64,000 bases of DNA. Origin: a bacterium. Lineage in GTDB: Bacteria > Patescibacteriota > Minisyncoccia > UBA6257 > WO2-44-18. Both the position numbers and the translations under genes were made by a program. Position 1 is the stretch's first letter. Every line of letters begins with the position of its first letter. The stretch covers positions 6,994 to 70,993 of the forward strand of contig JAHFLQ010000002.1 of NCBI GenBank assembly GCA_023244815.1, read 5' to 3'. Below are positions 53,488 through 63,443 of this stretch, one piece after another. The notes beneath the pieces are model-generated. The model was not told where the DNA came from and made no database searches. It was given only the letters and a program-made list of their open reading frames with translations.

Positions 53488-55044
53488 CTATTTAATCAAG
53501 TAGATGGCTTCGAAATTGGTTTCAAATTTTTTTTCAAAATGGGAATCTCCTTCCAGAAATTGACGTACTGCGGGATTTTCCATTTTCGTTAAAAGCACGT
53601 ATTTCGCTTGAAAATCTTTTTTTAATACGCCGTAAGTGTCTTCCAACATATCGCGAGTGCAGGCGATGGCGCCACACGTTTTTTTAGTAACAACATCAGT
53701 GGCAAGATAATGAAATTTCCAATAAAGACTGGGGCTGTATTCATACTGAAAAATCGGATCTAGTCCGCTAATGTAATAATTTTTTTGATTCCAGAAAAAC
53801 AGCGCAGAAAAATCAGGCCAATGCAGATTGAAAACGATTTCTCCGGATTGGCTATTATCCCTCAGCCAAAGAGCCGCCTCCTGAAGCTCGGTGGGTTTGT
53901 AGCCATCCTTGCCGATCGCGGCGACTCCCTTTGAGCCAGAGTAAAAGATCATAAACACAAATATGATGGCAAGCATTGTGGCCGACGACTGGGCAATAGG
54001 CTTATGAGAAGAGTTGCTGGAAATACAGTAAGAGAATACCGCCGCGACAAAAATAATTCCGAATTCCGCCCAAAAATTATAGGCGCGACGAGCCACCAGC
54101 ATTGTAAAAATAAAGAAAATTATGGCAAGTGCCGCGCTCGACCAAAGAACAATCTTTTGATCCTGGCTTACAGGCTTATGCTTCCACATCTGAAACCAAA
54201 AAATAAAGATGGCGCCGCCCAGTAAAATCAAGAATGGGCTAAAATTCTGAAAGAGAGCGGTGAATTTCAAAGGTAGGTTCTCTTTGCCAAATAAAAGGGG
54301 TAGGCCCCCTTGCTTTTGGAATACTTGCTGAATAACTTGCACATAAAATAGCCGGAGAGCGCCAAAAGGATTGGGCCGGAGAGCCCAACCAAGCAACAGT
54401 CCGCCTAAGATAGCTCCCCCTTTATAAACCAGCTCTTTCCATCGCGATCTGCCATAGGTAAAGAATTGGGCGGTCGCCACTACGGCAAAAATCAACGCCG
54501 GAAGCCAAGCAAAATTAAGATGCGCCCAGGCGATTCCAAACGAAGCAAAAGCAATCCCCGGCCAACTGCCCATAATCAGCAAAGAAAATAAAATGGGGAC
54601 GAGCGCTAATGACACGATTTGAGGCCGAACCATTAAAAACTGAGCGAGAACATTCGGCACGGAAAAAAATAGCAATAACGGCCACAAGAATGGCCAACGG
54701 AATTGATGGCGGTTCATTACCCAGTAAAAACTGAACAAAGCGGCGGCGGTAAAAATTACGCCCGCGATTTTAATGCCAATGAAAAGATTGCCAATCAATG
54801 TAAAAGGGACTAACAAAAAGGCGAAGCCATACCATAACGAAGCGGAGAAAAGTTTAATAACGGAGAATTGTGCCCATGGAAATGTTACGTCAAATAGGCC
54901 GTTGGTTCGCAGGAGCCAAGATTGGCGGATGTAGTAAAAACTATCCAAATCCACTATATTCGAAGACCAAAAATGAAAAAGGGCGGCAAAACCAATAAAG
55001 AAAATCGGCGGTAAGAGCCACTTATATCTGTTAGCCACCTTCAT
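53488..55044 (-). CDS. Polytopic membrane protein, possibly a GT-C/PMT-like glycosyltransferase
   Basis: 518 aa. About 11-13 TM helices and a ~150-aa soluble C-terminal domain. No diagnostic motif was recognised. Confidence 0.3.
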   Translation of the reverse strand: MKVANRYKWLLPPIFFIGFAALFHFWSSNIVDLDSFYYIRQSWLLRTNGLFDVTFPWAQFSVIKLFSASLWYGFAFLLVPFTLIGNLFIGIKIAGVIFTAAALFSFYWVMNRHQFRWPFLWPLLLFFSVPNVLAQFLMVRPQIVSLALVPILFSLLIMGSWPGIAFASFGIAWAHLNFAWLPALIFAVVATAQFFTYGRSRWKELVYKGGAILGGLLLGWALRPNPFGALRLFYVQVIQQVFQKQGGLPLLFGKENLPLKFTALFQNFSPFLILLGGAIFIFWFQMWKHKPVSQDQKIVLWSSAALAIIFFIFTMLVARRAYNFWAEFGIIFVAAVFSYCISSNSSHKPIAQSSATMLAIIFVFMIFYSGSKGVAAIGKDGYKPTELQEAALWLRDNSQSGEIVFNLHWPDFSALFFWNQKNYYISGLDPIFQYEYSPSLYWKFHYLATDVVTKKTCGAIACTRDMLEDTYGVLKKDFQAKYVLLTKMENPAVRQFLEGDSHFEKKFETNFEAIYLIK

Positions 55045-55104
55045 ATATATGTACTAAATGGTAGCAAAAATAGAGTTCTTTGTGTATTATTAACTCTGTT
55101 AAAG

Positions 55105-55929
55105 ATGGCTAAGATCACCAAAGCTGTTTTGCCGGCTGCCGGATTAGGCACCCGAATCATGCCGTTAACTTTGCATCAGCCCAAAGCCATGATTGGGATA
55201 GTTGACCGACCGATAATCCATTATGTAATCAAAGAGGTGTTGGCTACTGGAATAAAACACCTGATAATTGTCACGAGTCCGGAGCAAAAAGAGTTTCAAA
55301 AATATATAAAATACCTGGCTAGCGATCCAGAATGGCGGGGCCTCGGAGTGAAATTTGACTTTGCCGTCCAAAAAAAACCGTTTGGCAATGGTGATGCGAT
55401 ATTGTCAGCCAAACCTTTTCTTGATCAAAACCCGTTTTTAGTCTGCTTTTCCGACGATCTCTTAGTGGCTAGAAAGCCGCCGCTATTAACACTGGTACAA
55501 TTATTCGAAAAAACTCGGGCTCCGATAGTTGCCTTGGAACCAGTTCCTAAAAACCAGGTCTCTCAATATGGCGTAGTGAAAGCTGAAAAATCGATAATTA
55601 GCAAGGATCTTTATCAGCTAATAGATGTAGTGGAAAAGCCAGCACTGGAAGAGGCTCCATCCAACCTTACTATAATAGGTAGGTACATCCTGACTAAAGA
55701 TATCCTGGACGAAATTAAGAAACTCTACCCTCATCAAAGAAAGGAGATCGGCTTGGCCGAAGCTTTAAAAAATTATGCGCGATCCGGCGGCCGATTGTTT
55801 GGCTGGCATTTTCGCGGCGAGAGGTTCGATGGCGGTTCTAAAATTGGCATACTGAAGGCGCAAACCTACTTTGGTCTCCGCCATAAAGAACTGGGGCCAG
55901 AATTCAGAAAATATATTCAAGGTTTATAG
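55105..55929 (+). CDS. galU: UTP-glucose-1-phosphate uridylyltransferase
   Basis: 274 aa. KAVLPAAGLGTRIMPLT...PKAMIGIVDRPIIHYVIKE matches the GalU N-terminal consensus. Confidence 0.75.
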   Translation: MAKITKAVLPAAGLGTRIMPLTLHQPKAMIGIVDRPIIHYVIKEVLATGIKHLIIVTSPEQKEFQKYIKYLASDPEWRGLGVKFDFAVQKKPFGNGDAILSAKPFLDQNPFLVCFSDDLLVARKPPLLTLVQLFEKTRAPIVALEPVPKNQVSQYGVVKAEKSIISKDLYQLIDVVEKPALEEAPSNLTIIGRYILTKDILDEIKKLYPHQRKEIGLAEALKNYARSGGRLFGWHFRGERFDGGSKIGILKAQTYFGLRHKELGPEFRKYIQGL

Positions 55930-56637
55930 CGACCATCTGGAGAAACCGAGGATTAACAGGACAACGATTAAAAATACGGTTGAATTAGTTAAGATCTTCC
56001 TATGAGAAAGGTTCTTGCTGACGTAGTAATGGTAGGCAAGGTCAATTAAGGCGAAGTAAACCAATAAAGCCAGGTTGGCTGAGTTGATAAACCCGATAGG
56101 GAGCAATGAAATGGCCCAGAGAATTTCCAGGGTTAGAAACGTGATAAGCCAAACGGCGATTTTTTTATTAATAACACTTTTCACTAAAATAAGTGTGGCT
56201 AAAAAGATCAAAACCGTCTTCGGTAGTAGGGCGGATTGGCTATTATAAAAGAACAAAATAAACGCCGGGTAAGCTAAGGCGACATTCAAGATCCGATACC
56301 AAACCTCTCTATTAGTAAAAGCTAAATCCTTTACGCCTAAAATCAAATAAAAAACGGCGGCGAAGTAAAGAGTCAGCAGGCTAAAGTAGCTACTGGCCAG
56401 AAACGTCCAGGAAATCAGAAGTGCGTCAGCAAAAAAAACCAGCAAAACCGACATGAGCTCTAAAGTTCTAAAAAGTGGGACGGAGTAAAAGAAGATCGTC
56501 GCGGCCGTGAAAAGGAGGACCGGCCAGAAGCCGAAATCGCCCAGCTTGATCAACTGGAAAAAGCCGGCGAAAACTAGCGCCTTAAGCGCTAACCGTAATT
56601 TGGGATTCCGCAAAACTGATTTTAACTTTATCGCCAT
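55924..56637 (-). CDS. Integral membrane protein of unknown function
   Basis: 237 aa with about 7 TM helices. The annotated start overlaps the 3' end of clpB by 56 nt, so the true start may be internal. Confidence 0.35.
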   Translation of the reverse strand: MAIKLKSVLRNPKLRLALKALVFAGFFQLIKLGDFGFWPVLLFTAATIFFYSVPLFRTLELMSVLLVFFADALLISWTFLASSYFSLLTLYFAAVFYLILGVKDLAFTNREVWYRILNVALAYPAFILFFYNSQSALLPKTVLIFLATLILVKSVINKKIAVWLITFLTLEILWAISLLPIGFINSANLALLVYFALIDLAYHYYVSKNLSHRKILTNSTVFLIVVLLILGFSRWSL

Positions 56638-59197
56638 CTTTTACTTTGCCGCCGATTATTTTATCCGCCAGTTTATCCAAAATCGCCTTTTGAATCATTC
56701 GTTTTATGGGTCGGGCGCCGTATTCCGGATCAAAACCATTTTCCACCACGTACTTTTTAACTGTTGGGTCGATGTTGATCTTTATGCCGCGTTCTTTGAG
56801 CTTCTCCTTAACCAGATCCAATTGCAAATCCACGATTTTTTCGATTTCTTTTTTCCTAAGCGGATTGAAGATAATCAGCTCATCTAATCGATTCAAGAAT
56901 TCCGGTTTGAAAGTGCGCCGCAGGGTATCCAGCACTTTTTCTTTAAAATTAGTTTCCTGTCCGGTATCTTCTCCATCGGTTAAAGAAGCGAAGCCAAGAT
57001 TGGACATTTGTTTGAAATACTGACTGCCGACATTAGAGGTCAGCAGCACAATTGAGTTTTTGAAATTCACGATTTTCCCTTTGCTGTCAGTTAATCGGCC
57101 GTTGTCCAAAACTTGGAGAAGAATGTTAAACACCTCCGGATGGGCTTTCTCGATTTCATCAAACAAAATCAGGCTGTAAGGCCGATGCCGAACGGTCTCT
57201 GTCAACTGACCACCCTCTTCGAAACCAACGTAGCCAGGCGGCGAGCCGATTAATCGTGAAACGGAATGCTTTTCCATGTATTCGGACATATCAATCCTAA
57301 CCAGCGCTTTTTCGTCATTAAACATAAATTCTGCCAGCGCTTTGGCCAGCTCTGTTTTGCCAACTCCGGTCGGCCCCAAAAACATAAACGATCCCAGCGG
57401 CCGATTTTCGTCGGCGAGACCCGCGCGCGCCCGGCGGAGAGCGCTGGCCACCGCCCCAATCGCCTCTTCTTGGCCAACCACTCGGCGTCCTAAAGCTTCT
57501 TCAATGCGTGTGAGTTTTTGAGCTTCTGATTCCAACATTCGGCTCACCGGAATACCGGTCCAGCGTGAAACTACCGTGGCAATATCTTCCGCGTCCACTG
57601 CTTCTTTTATAAAACCGGCAGCTTTGGAATGTTTCCTTTCCAGGTTTTTATAATCCTTTTCCGCCTGCGGCAAACTGCCATAGAGAATCTCGGCTACTTT
57701 CTCTAAGTCTCCTTCCCGCTCCGCAACTTCGGCCTGTCGCCGCAAGTCTTCTATTTTTTTGCGAAGATTGTGGAGATTTTCAAAAGCCAGTTTTTCTCCA
57801 TGCCAGGTGGCAGAAAGGTCGTCATTGCGAACCTTGGATTTTCCCACTTGCTCGTTGATTTCTTTAATCCGATTTTTGTTTTTAACCGCGCCCTCTTTTT
57901 GAAGAGCGGACTTTTCTATCTCCAGTTTGGTCATCTCGCGGCGAATTTTATCTATCTCGGAGGGCAAACTCTCCGTCTCCAATCTCCGAGCGGCGGCCGC
58001 CTCGTCAATTAAATCGATGGCCTTATCCGGCAAAAATCTATCGGTAATATAACGAGATGATAAATTCACCGCCTCCATAATCGCCTCATCGCTGATGCGC
58101 AGGCCGTGATGTGTTTCATATTTTTCCTTCAGTCCGCGCAGAATCGCCACCGCGTCTTCCACGGACGGCTCCTCCACAATAATCGGCTGGAAGCGGCGCT
58201 CCAACGCCGGGTCTTTTTCAATATACCGCTGGTATTCTCTGGTGGTCGTGGCTCCGATAGCATGCAGTTCGCCTCTCGCCAGCGGCGGTTTCAACAAATT
58301 AGAGGCGTCCACCGCGCCCTCGGCGGCGCCGGCGCCAACGATCATATGGATTTCATCGATAAACAATATCAAACGCCCAGCCGCGTTCTGAATTTCCCGG
58401 ACAAAAGCTTTTAGCCGGTCCTCAAATTCGCCGCGGAACTTTGTCCCGGCAATCAGTGAACCCAAATCCAACATAATAATTTCTTTATCTTTAAGCGTTT
58501 CCGGAACATCGCCGGAAACTATCCGCTGGGCCAGCCCTTCAACGACAGCCGTCTTACCAACTCCCGGCTCGCCGATCAGTACCGGATTATTTTTGGTGCG
58601 CCGGCTCAAAACCTGAATCAAACGGCGCAATTCTTCTTCGCGGCCGATCACCGGATCCAGCTTCCCCTCTCTCGCCTTGTCGGTGAGATTGATGGCATAT
58701 TTTTCCAGAACCTGAAATTTGCTCTCGGGCGTTTCATCAGTAACCCGCGTAGAACCTCTCAACTGCGCCAGCGCCCGGAAAGCCAGATCCCGACGCAAGC
58801 CGAGCCGCTCCAAAATTTTTTGAGCCGCGGATGGAGATTCTAAAATGCTCAAGAGCAGGTGCTCGCAGGAAATATATTCGTCTTTTTGCTGAAGAGCGAT
58901 CTTGCCGGCGCGATCCAGCACTTGCATCAGCTCCGGAGAAAGATAAAGCTGGCCGACGTTAGAGGAGGCGAAAATTTTCGGCATTTTCTTTAACTCTTCG
59001 TCAATTTCCTTATGCAAAGAATCAATATTAACGCCAGCCTTAATCAGCATCGGGCGAACCAGCGTTTGTTCGTCATCAATCAGAGTAAGTAAAAGATGGG
59101 TCACCTTGAACTCACCGTGATTGCGATGAGCGGCCATTTCTTGGGCGCTTTGCAGGGCTTCCTGCGCGCGAATTGTAAATCTATTGAAACTGGGCAT
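56582..59197 (-). CDS. clpB: ATP-dependent chaperone ClpB (Hsp100)
   Basis: 871 aa. Two AAA+ modules ([17 protein letters not shown] and [19 protein letters not shown]), a coiled-coil middle domain and an N-terminal Clp_N domain. Confidence 0.9.
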   Translation of the reverse strand: MPSFNRFTIRAQEALQSAQEMAAHRNHGEFKVTHLLLTLIDDEQTLVRPMLIKAGVNIDSLHKEIDEELKKMPKIFASSNVGQLYLSPELMQVLDRAGKIALQQKDEYISCEHLLLSILESPSAAQKILERLGLRRDLAFRALAQLRGSTRVTDETPESKFQVLEKYAINLTDKAREGKLDPVIGREEELRRLIQVLSRRTKNNPVLIGEPGVGKTAVVEGLAQRIVSGDVPETLKDKEIIMLDLGSLIAGTKFRGEFEDRLKAFVREIQNAAGRLILFIDEIHMIVGAGAAEGAVDASNLLKPPLARGELHAIGATTTREYQRYIEKDPALERRFQPIIVEEPSVEDAVAILRGLKEKYETHHGLRISDEAIMEAVNLSSRYITDRFLPDKAIDLIDEAAAARRLETESLPSEIDKIRREMTKLEIEKSALQKEGAVKNKNRIKEINEQVGKSKVRNDDLSATWHGEKLAFENLHNLRKKIEDLRRQAEVAEREGDLEKVAEILYGSLPQAEKDYKNLERKHSKAAGFIKEAVDAEDIATVVSRWTGIPVSRMLESEAQKLTRIEEALGRRVVGQEEAIGAVASALRRARAGLADENRPLGSFMFLGPTGVGKTELAKALAEFMFNDEKALVRIDMSEYMEKHSVSRLIGSPPGYVGFEEGGQLTETVRHRPYSLILFDEIEKAHPEVFNILLQVLDNGRLTDSKGKIVNFKNSIVLLTSNVGSQYFKQMSNLGFASLTDGEDTGQETNFKEKVLDTLRRTFKPEFLNRLDELIIFNPLRKKEIEKIVDLQLDLVKEKLKERGIKINIDPTVKKYVVENGFDPEYGARPIKRMIQKAILDKLADKIIGGKVKDGDKVKISFAESQITVSA

Positions 59198-59233
59198 TTC
59201 TTATTTAAATTATAGCAGATTTTAACATAGAAA

Positions 59234-60367
59234 TTATTGCTTCGCAAGAATATCTAAAATTAATTTTACCGCGTAATCAATTTCCGCTTTGGAAGTCTGC
59301 CGGCCGAGGCTGAACCGTAAGCTTCCTCCGGACCGCTCCGGCGAAAATCCCATTTCTTCAAGAACATAGGAGGACTTGGCGACTCTGGTCAGACAAGCCG
59401 CTCCCGGCGAAGAAGCAATGCCGGCCATATCCAATTTTATTAAAAGATCGTGAGCTTCCCGATCGGGAAAATAGATGTTCAGGTTGTTAGGCAGGCGATT
59501 TTCCAACGAACCGTTCATTTCTAATTTGGGCATCTTCTTTTTCAATCTAGCCCAAAAATAATCACGCAGTTTAGCAACACGCGCACTTTCCTTTTCTTTA
59601 ATTTTTTCAGTAATCGCTACCGCTTTGGCAAAACCGACTATATACGGAACATTATCAGTGCCAAAATGCCAACCCAGTTGGTTTTTCCGTTTTTGATCCA
59701 GGCCCCTGATGTAGAGCACTCCAATTCCTTTCGGACCGTAGATCTTGTGGGCCGACAAAGTCAGCAGATCCACGCCCAGCTTATTCACATTGCAGTCAAG
59801 ATATTGGAAAGATTGGACGGCGTCAGTATGAAGCAACGGATAAACTGAGCCTGGCTTTCGCGCTTTTTTAATGAACGCGGCAATTTGCTCAATCGGCTGA
59901 ATTGTTCCTACTTCATTGTTGGTATGCATTACCGATACCAAAACCGTATTCGCGTTAATGGCCGCTTTAAGTTTATTGAAGTCAACAAACCCAGACCGGG
60001 AAACGGGAATATAAATAACCTCCACGCCCTCTTTCTCCAAGTTGCGGCAGATTTCCAGCACCGATTCGTGTTCAATCGCCGAAACAATGACTCGGGGATT
60101 CTGGTTTTGGGATTCTTGAACAATTCCGCGAATGGCTAAATTATTCGCGTCCGTTGCCGAACCGGTAAAAATAATCTCTTGATAATCGGCGCCCAGCGCC
60201 TCCGCTATCTCGCAACGCGCCTTAAAAACTGCCCGGGAAGCTTCCTGCCCGAATTGATGCAGGGAGTTAGGATTCCCGAAAATACTCCCAAAATAAGGCC
60301 TCATAGCCGCCTCGACCTGCCTATCAACAGGGGTAGAGGCCGCGTAATCAAGATAAACTCTCTTCAT
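59234..60367 (-). CDS. iscS: Cysteine desulfurase (class V aminotransferase, IscS/NifS family)
   Basis: 377 aa. MKRVYLDYAASTP...SAHKIYGPKGIGVLYIRG contains the PLP lysine motif. Confidence 0.8.
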   Translation of the reverse strand: MKRVYLDYAASTPVDRQVEAAMRPYFGSIFGNPNSLHQFGQEASRAVFKARCEIAEALGADYQEIIFTGSATDANNLAIRGIVQESQNQNPRVIVSAIEHESVLEICRNLEKEGVEVIYIPVSRSGFVDFNKLKAAINANTVLVSVMHTNNEVGTIQPIEQIAAFIKKARKPGSVYPLLHTDAVQSFQYLDCNVNKLGVDLLTLSAHKIYGPKGIGVLYIRGLDQKRKNQLGWHFGTDNVPYIVGFAKAVAITEKIKEKESARVAKLRDYFWARLKKKMPKLEMNGSLENRLPNNLNIYFPDREAHDLLIKLDMAGIASSPGAACLTRVAKSSYVLEEMGFSPERSGGSLRFSLGRQTSKAEIDYAVKLILDILAKQ

Positions 60368-60432
60368 GGTTTAGGTATCTACTATTATATATAACTTTAC
60401 AAACCTTCTGAATAGAGGTAATTTACTACCAA

Positions 60433-60927
60433 ATGACACCGGCCGAAAATTATTTTTTTAATAGTTCTTTGGGCTTACAGCTTAGCGCCGAACAGGTTAG
60501 CCGCGAAATTATTAACTTTATGAACGAGCGTCCCGACTATGAGTACAAGATAACTCTCGGCACCGACTCGGAAAAAGACCAGAACAACAACGCGGATTTT
60601 GTCACCGCTATCGTTGTCCACCGCGTCGGCAACGGCGGCCGATACTTCTGGCGCCGCATTGACGGGCCGGAAAAATATCACACCTTGCGCAATCGGATCA
60701 CCCAAGAAGTGTTGATTTCATTGGAGATAGCGAAAAACTTCCTCCAGACATTCAAAAATGCCGATCCGCCAAAATTTGATTTTGAAATTCACGTTGACGT
60801 TGGAGAAAACGGCGCTACCAAAACCTTAATCCAAGAGTTAGTCGGCATGATCCGCGCCAATAATTTTGAAGTGCGCACCAAGCCGGATAGCTATGCGGCT
60901 TCTAAAGTGGCGGACAGGCATGTATAG
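60433..60927 (+). CDS. RNase-H-like fold protein (YkuK/DUF458-like), putative nuclease
   Basis: 164 aa. KITLGTDSEK...ADFVTAIVVHR resembles RNase-H-like small nucleases. The assignment is weak. Confidence 0.3.
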   Translation: MTPAENYFFNSSLGLQLSAEQVSREIINFMNERPDYEYKITLGTDSEKDQNNNADFVTAIVVHRVGNGGRYFWRRIDGPEKYHTLRNRITQEVLISLEIAKNFLQTFKNADPPKFDFEIHVDVGENGATKTLIQELVGMIRANNFEVRTKPDSYAASKVADRHV

Positions 60928-60969
60928 GCTTTCTTCGTCTGCCGACTCGAAAATTTATACATAATCGGC

Positions 60970-61533
60970 ATGGACAAACTAGTAATTGACATAGAAACTA
61001 AAAATAGTTTTGCCGATGTCGGGGGACAGCAAAATCTTCATAAACTGGATGCTTCATTTGTGGGAGTTTATTCATATGACAAAAATGAATATTTTTCTTT
61101 TTTTGAAAATCAATTTAACGACCTGGAATCGCTTATCCAAAAAGCCGGCTTAATTATCGGCTTCTCCATCAACCGGTTCGATATTCCGGTGCTGGAAAAA
61201 TATTTCAAGTTTAACCTGCGGGCAATTCCCAAGTTGGATCTATTGGAAGAAATAGAGCTCGGACTGGGACAGCGGGTTAGTCTGGACATTCTCGCCAAAA
61301 CCAATCTTGGCATCGGTAAAACTCATCACGGCCTGGAAGCCATCAGGTTCTACAACGAAAAAAACTGGGTGGAACTGAAAAACTATTGCCTGAACGACGT
61401 GAAAATAACCAAAGATCTCTACGACTTAGCAAAAAAACAAGGGCATCTTATGGTGCCCCGTAAATACTCCGATGAAATAGTTAAGGTATCGTTCAACTGG
61501 AAAGAGCAGATTCTTCCCGCAACCTTGTTTTAG
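60970..61533 (+). CDS. DEDDy-type 3'-5' exonuclease (DnaQ/RNase D/PolB-exo-like)
   Basis: 187 aa. LVIDIETKN is Exo I (DxE) and YCLNDV is Exo III (YxxxD). Confidence 0.5.
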   Translation: MDKLVIDIETKNSFADVGGQQNLHKLDASFVGVYSYDKNEYFSFFENQFNDLESLIQKAGLIIGFSINRFDIPVLEKYFKFNLRAIPKLDLLEEIELGLGQRVSLDILAKTNLGIGKTHHGLEAIRFYNEKNWVELKNYCLNDVKITKDLYDLAKKQGHLMVPRKYSDEIVKVSFNWKEQILPATLF

Positions 61534-61540
61534 AATAAAA

Positions 61541-61560
61541 CCCCCGAAGTATTTCGGGGG
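61541..61560. terminator. Hairpin terminator between convergent genes
   Basis: cccccgaa-gtat-ttcggggg is preceded by aaaa. A T-rich tract follows on the minus strand. Confidence 0.55.
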
Positions 61561-61568
61561 GTGCTGTC

Positions 61569-61781
61569 TTAGTGCTTCTTGTCCTTGTCACAATCATGGT
61601 GATGGCAACAGCGGCCGTGCGCGTGATCGTCCTCACCGCAGTGCCAGCCGGGTCCGGGAACAACAGTCACTGTAGTCGGGTTGTTGATAATCGTCGTTTC
61701 GTCATGTCTGCGAAAGTGCCGACAGCCGGCGAAAGCGAACGCCGCGACCACCAGAGCCAACAGCCAGAAAGCCTTGCGCAT
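61569..61781 (-). CDS. Small His/Cys-rich secreted lipoprotein (putative metal-binding)
   Basis: 70 aa. The signal peptide has a lipobox (LALVVAAFAFAGC). The C-terminus is HCGEDDHAHGRCCHHHDCDKDKKH. Confidence 0.4.
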   Translation of the reverse strand: MRKAFWLLALVVAAFAFAGCRHFRRHDETTIINNPTTVTVVPGPGWHCGEDDHAHGRCCHHHDCDKDKKH

Positions 61782-61828
61782 AGCCGCCTCCTTAAAAAAG
61801 GACCAACAAGGAACGCACGAATTGTAAA

Positions 61829-63098
61829 CTAGCCCTGAAGAAAAAGCAAGTCCGTAATTTCCGTGAGTTTTTCTTTAAACCAAGACTCGCTTTCTGCCTC
61901 CAAATTCAGGCGCAGAAGATTTTCCGTATTAGACGGTCGAACATTGAACCACCACTGATCAAATTCCATCGACAATCCATCCAGTTCCGACGTTTTTTTG
62001 GCGCTTGAGCCGTATTTTTCTTTCAGAGCGGCAATCGCCGCCGCCTTGTCCGCTACTTCAAAGTTTATTTCCTCGGAAATAAAGTGCGGTGGTAATTGAT
62101 TAATCCATTGGGCGAGGGGTTGCCGCAGGTCGGCGGCGGCGTTGATAAACTCTAAGGCCGCGAGAATTCCGGAATCCAAGCCAAAAAATTCTTTGAAATA
62201 ATAGTGGCCGGATTGCTCGGCGGCAAAATCTAATTGCTTTTCTTTTATAAGTTTTTTTAAAAAATAGTGGCCGACCCGCGAGTCAATGGCTTTTCTGCCA
62301 ATTTTAGACAGTGCCTTCTTCACAAATGGCCCGACATTCACCGGCAAAGCCAGGTCTCCGGCGAAACGGCTGACTAGTAGTAGAATGGCCGCCGCCGGCC
62401 GCACCAGTCGGCCGAGATTATCTGTAAAAAAGACCCGATCGCCATCGGCGTCAAATACTGCGCCCAAATCACTTTTGCTCATAACTACCGCGGACGCTAA
62501 TTGGTCTAAAGCGCCCTTGGCCAGTGGATTTGGCCCATGCGCCGGAAAATTTCCGTCCGGCCGTTCGTTAATCAGCTTCGCCTCTATCGGAGTTTGTTTG
62601 CCGGCAAACAAATTCTTCAGTACTAAACCCGTAGTGCCATTGGAACAGTCAAAAACAACCCTGAGCGGTTGTTTCACATCCAAAAATTCCGACAGGTATT
62701 CTGCGTATAATCTAAAGTAGTCCATAAATTTCTTTTCCACTCATTACTAATCCGCCATAACCCACCACCTTCAGGCCGTTGTACTCTTTCGGATTATGGG
62801 AGGCGGTGATCATTATTCCGCCAACCGCTTTTAATTGATTTGCCAGAAAATAAAACATCGGCGTGGTGGCGAGATCTATCTTTTCAATTTCCAGATCCGG
62901 ATTTGTCATTAATCCTTCAATGGCCGCCGCGTAGAGCTGTGGAGAACTCAAGCGGGTGTCATAGGCGACGACTATTTTCCCGCTTTTAAAATGCCTCCCA
63001 AGCGCTGCGGCAATGGTTAGCGCTGTTTCTTCATTCAATTCATCCGGGTAACGGCCGCGAATGTCGTAGGCTTTAAAAATATCTGGTTTTATATTCAT
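61829..63098 (-). pseudogene. Phosphomannomutase/phosphoglucomutase split by a frameshift into a 128-aa N-terminal ORF and a 303-aa C-terminal ORF
   Basis: The 62712..63098 ORF carries the active-site TASHNP. The 61829..62740 ORF carries FDADGDR (the Mg site) and AEQSGH (sugar binding). The two frames switch within ggaaaagaaattt at about 62722-62734. Confidence 0.6.
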
Positions 63099-63355
63099 CC
63101 CGTTAGAGACAGGAAACGCTTTAATCTGTTTTTCAGATAACGTTTACCCATTCCTGATTTAAGATATTTCTCACGCGACCTTGCGTCTTGTTCGTTAAAA
63201 CAAGCTTCGTAGTAAATTAAATTGAATGGGCCGCGATTTTTGGTATAAGTAGATTTATTCTCGTTATGCTCCTTAAAGCGCTTCCGTAAATCATCGCTAT
63301 ATCCCATATACCAACGTCCATCCTGTTTACTTTGTAATAAGTAGGTGTAATACAT
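63095..63355 (-). CDS. Small GIY-YIG nuclease-domain protein (YhbQ/UPF0213-like)
   Basis: 86 aa. YYTYLLQSKQDGRWYMGYSDDLRKRFKEH is the GIY-YIG core. Confidence 0.55.
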   Translation of the reverse strand: MYYTYLLQSKQDGRWYMGYSDDLRKRFKEHNENKSTYTKNRGPFNLIYYEACFNEQDARSREKYLKSGMGKRYLKNRLKRFLSLTG

Positions 63356-63368
63356 TCTAGCTGTTTCT

Positions 63369-63401
63369 AACGGGATTCATCCCGTTTAACTATAATATAA
63401 T
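63369..63401. promoter_or_regulatory. Palindrome AACGGGAT-tc-ATCCCGTT followed by tandem TATAAT hexamers in a divergent intergenic region
   Basis: The perfect inverted repeat at 63369-63386 abuts tataatataat (63391-63401). It lies 43 nt upstream of the ftsK-like start and 14 nt upstream of the GIY-YIG start on the opposite strand. Confidence 0.3.
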
Positions 63402-63443
63402 CGGAATCTTTTTATTAGCTTTTATTTTTGTTAGACTGATAGC

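Noticed and set aside
56582-56637. 56-nt overlap between the clpB 3' end and the start of the membrane-protein ORF 55924..56637
   Set aside because: This is most likely an over-extended start call for the membrane protein (an internal Met is available), not a real long overlap or programmed event.
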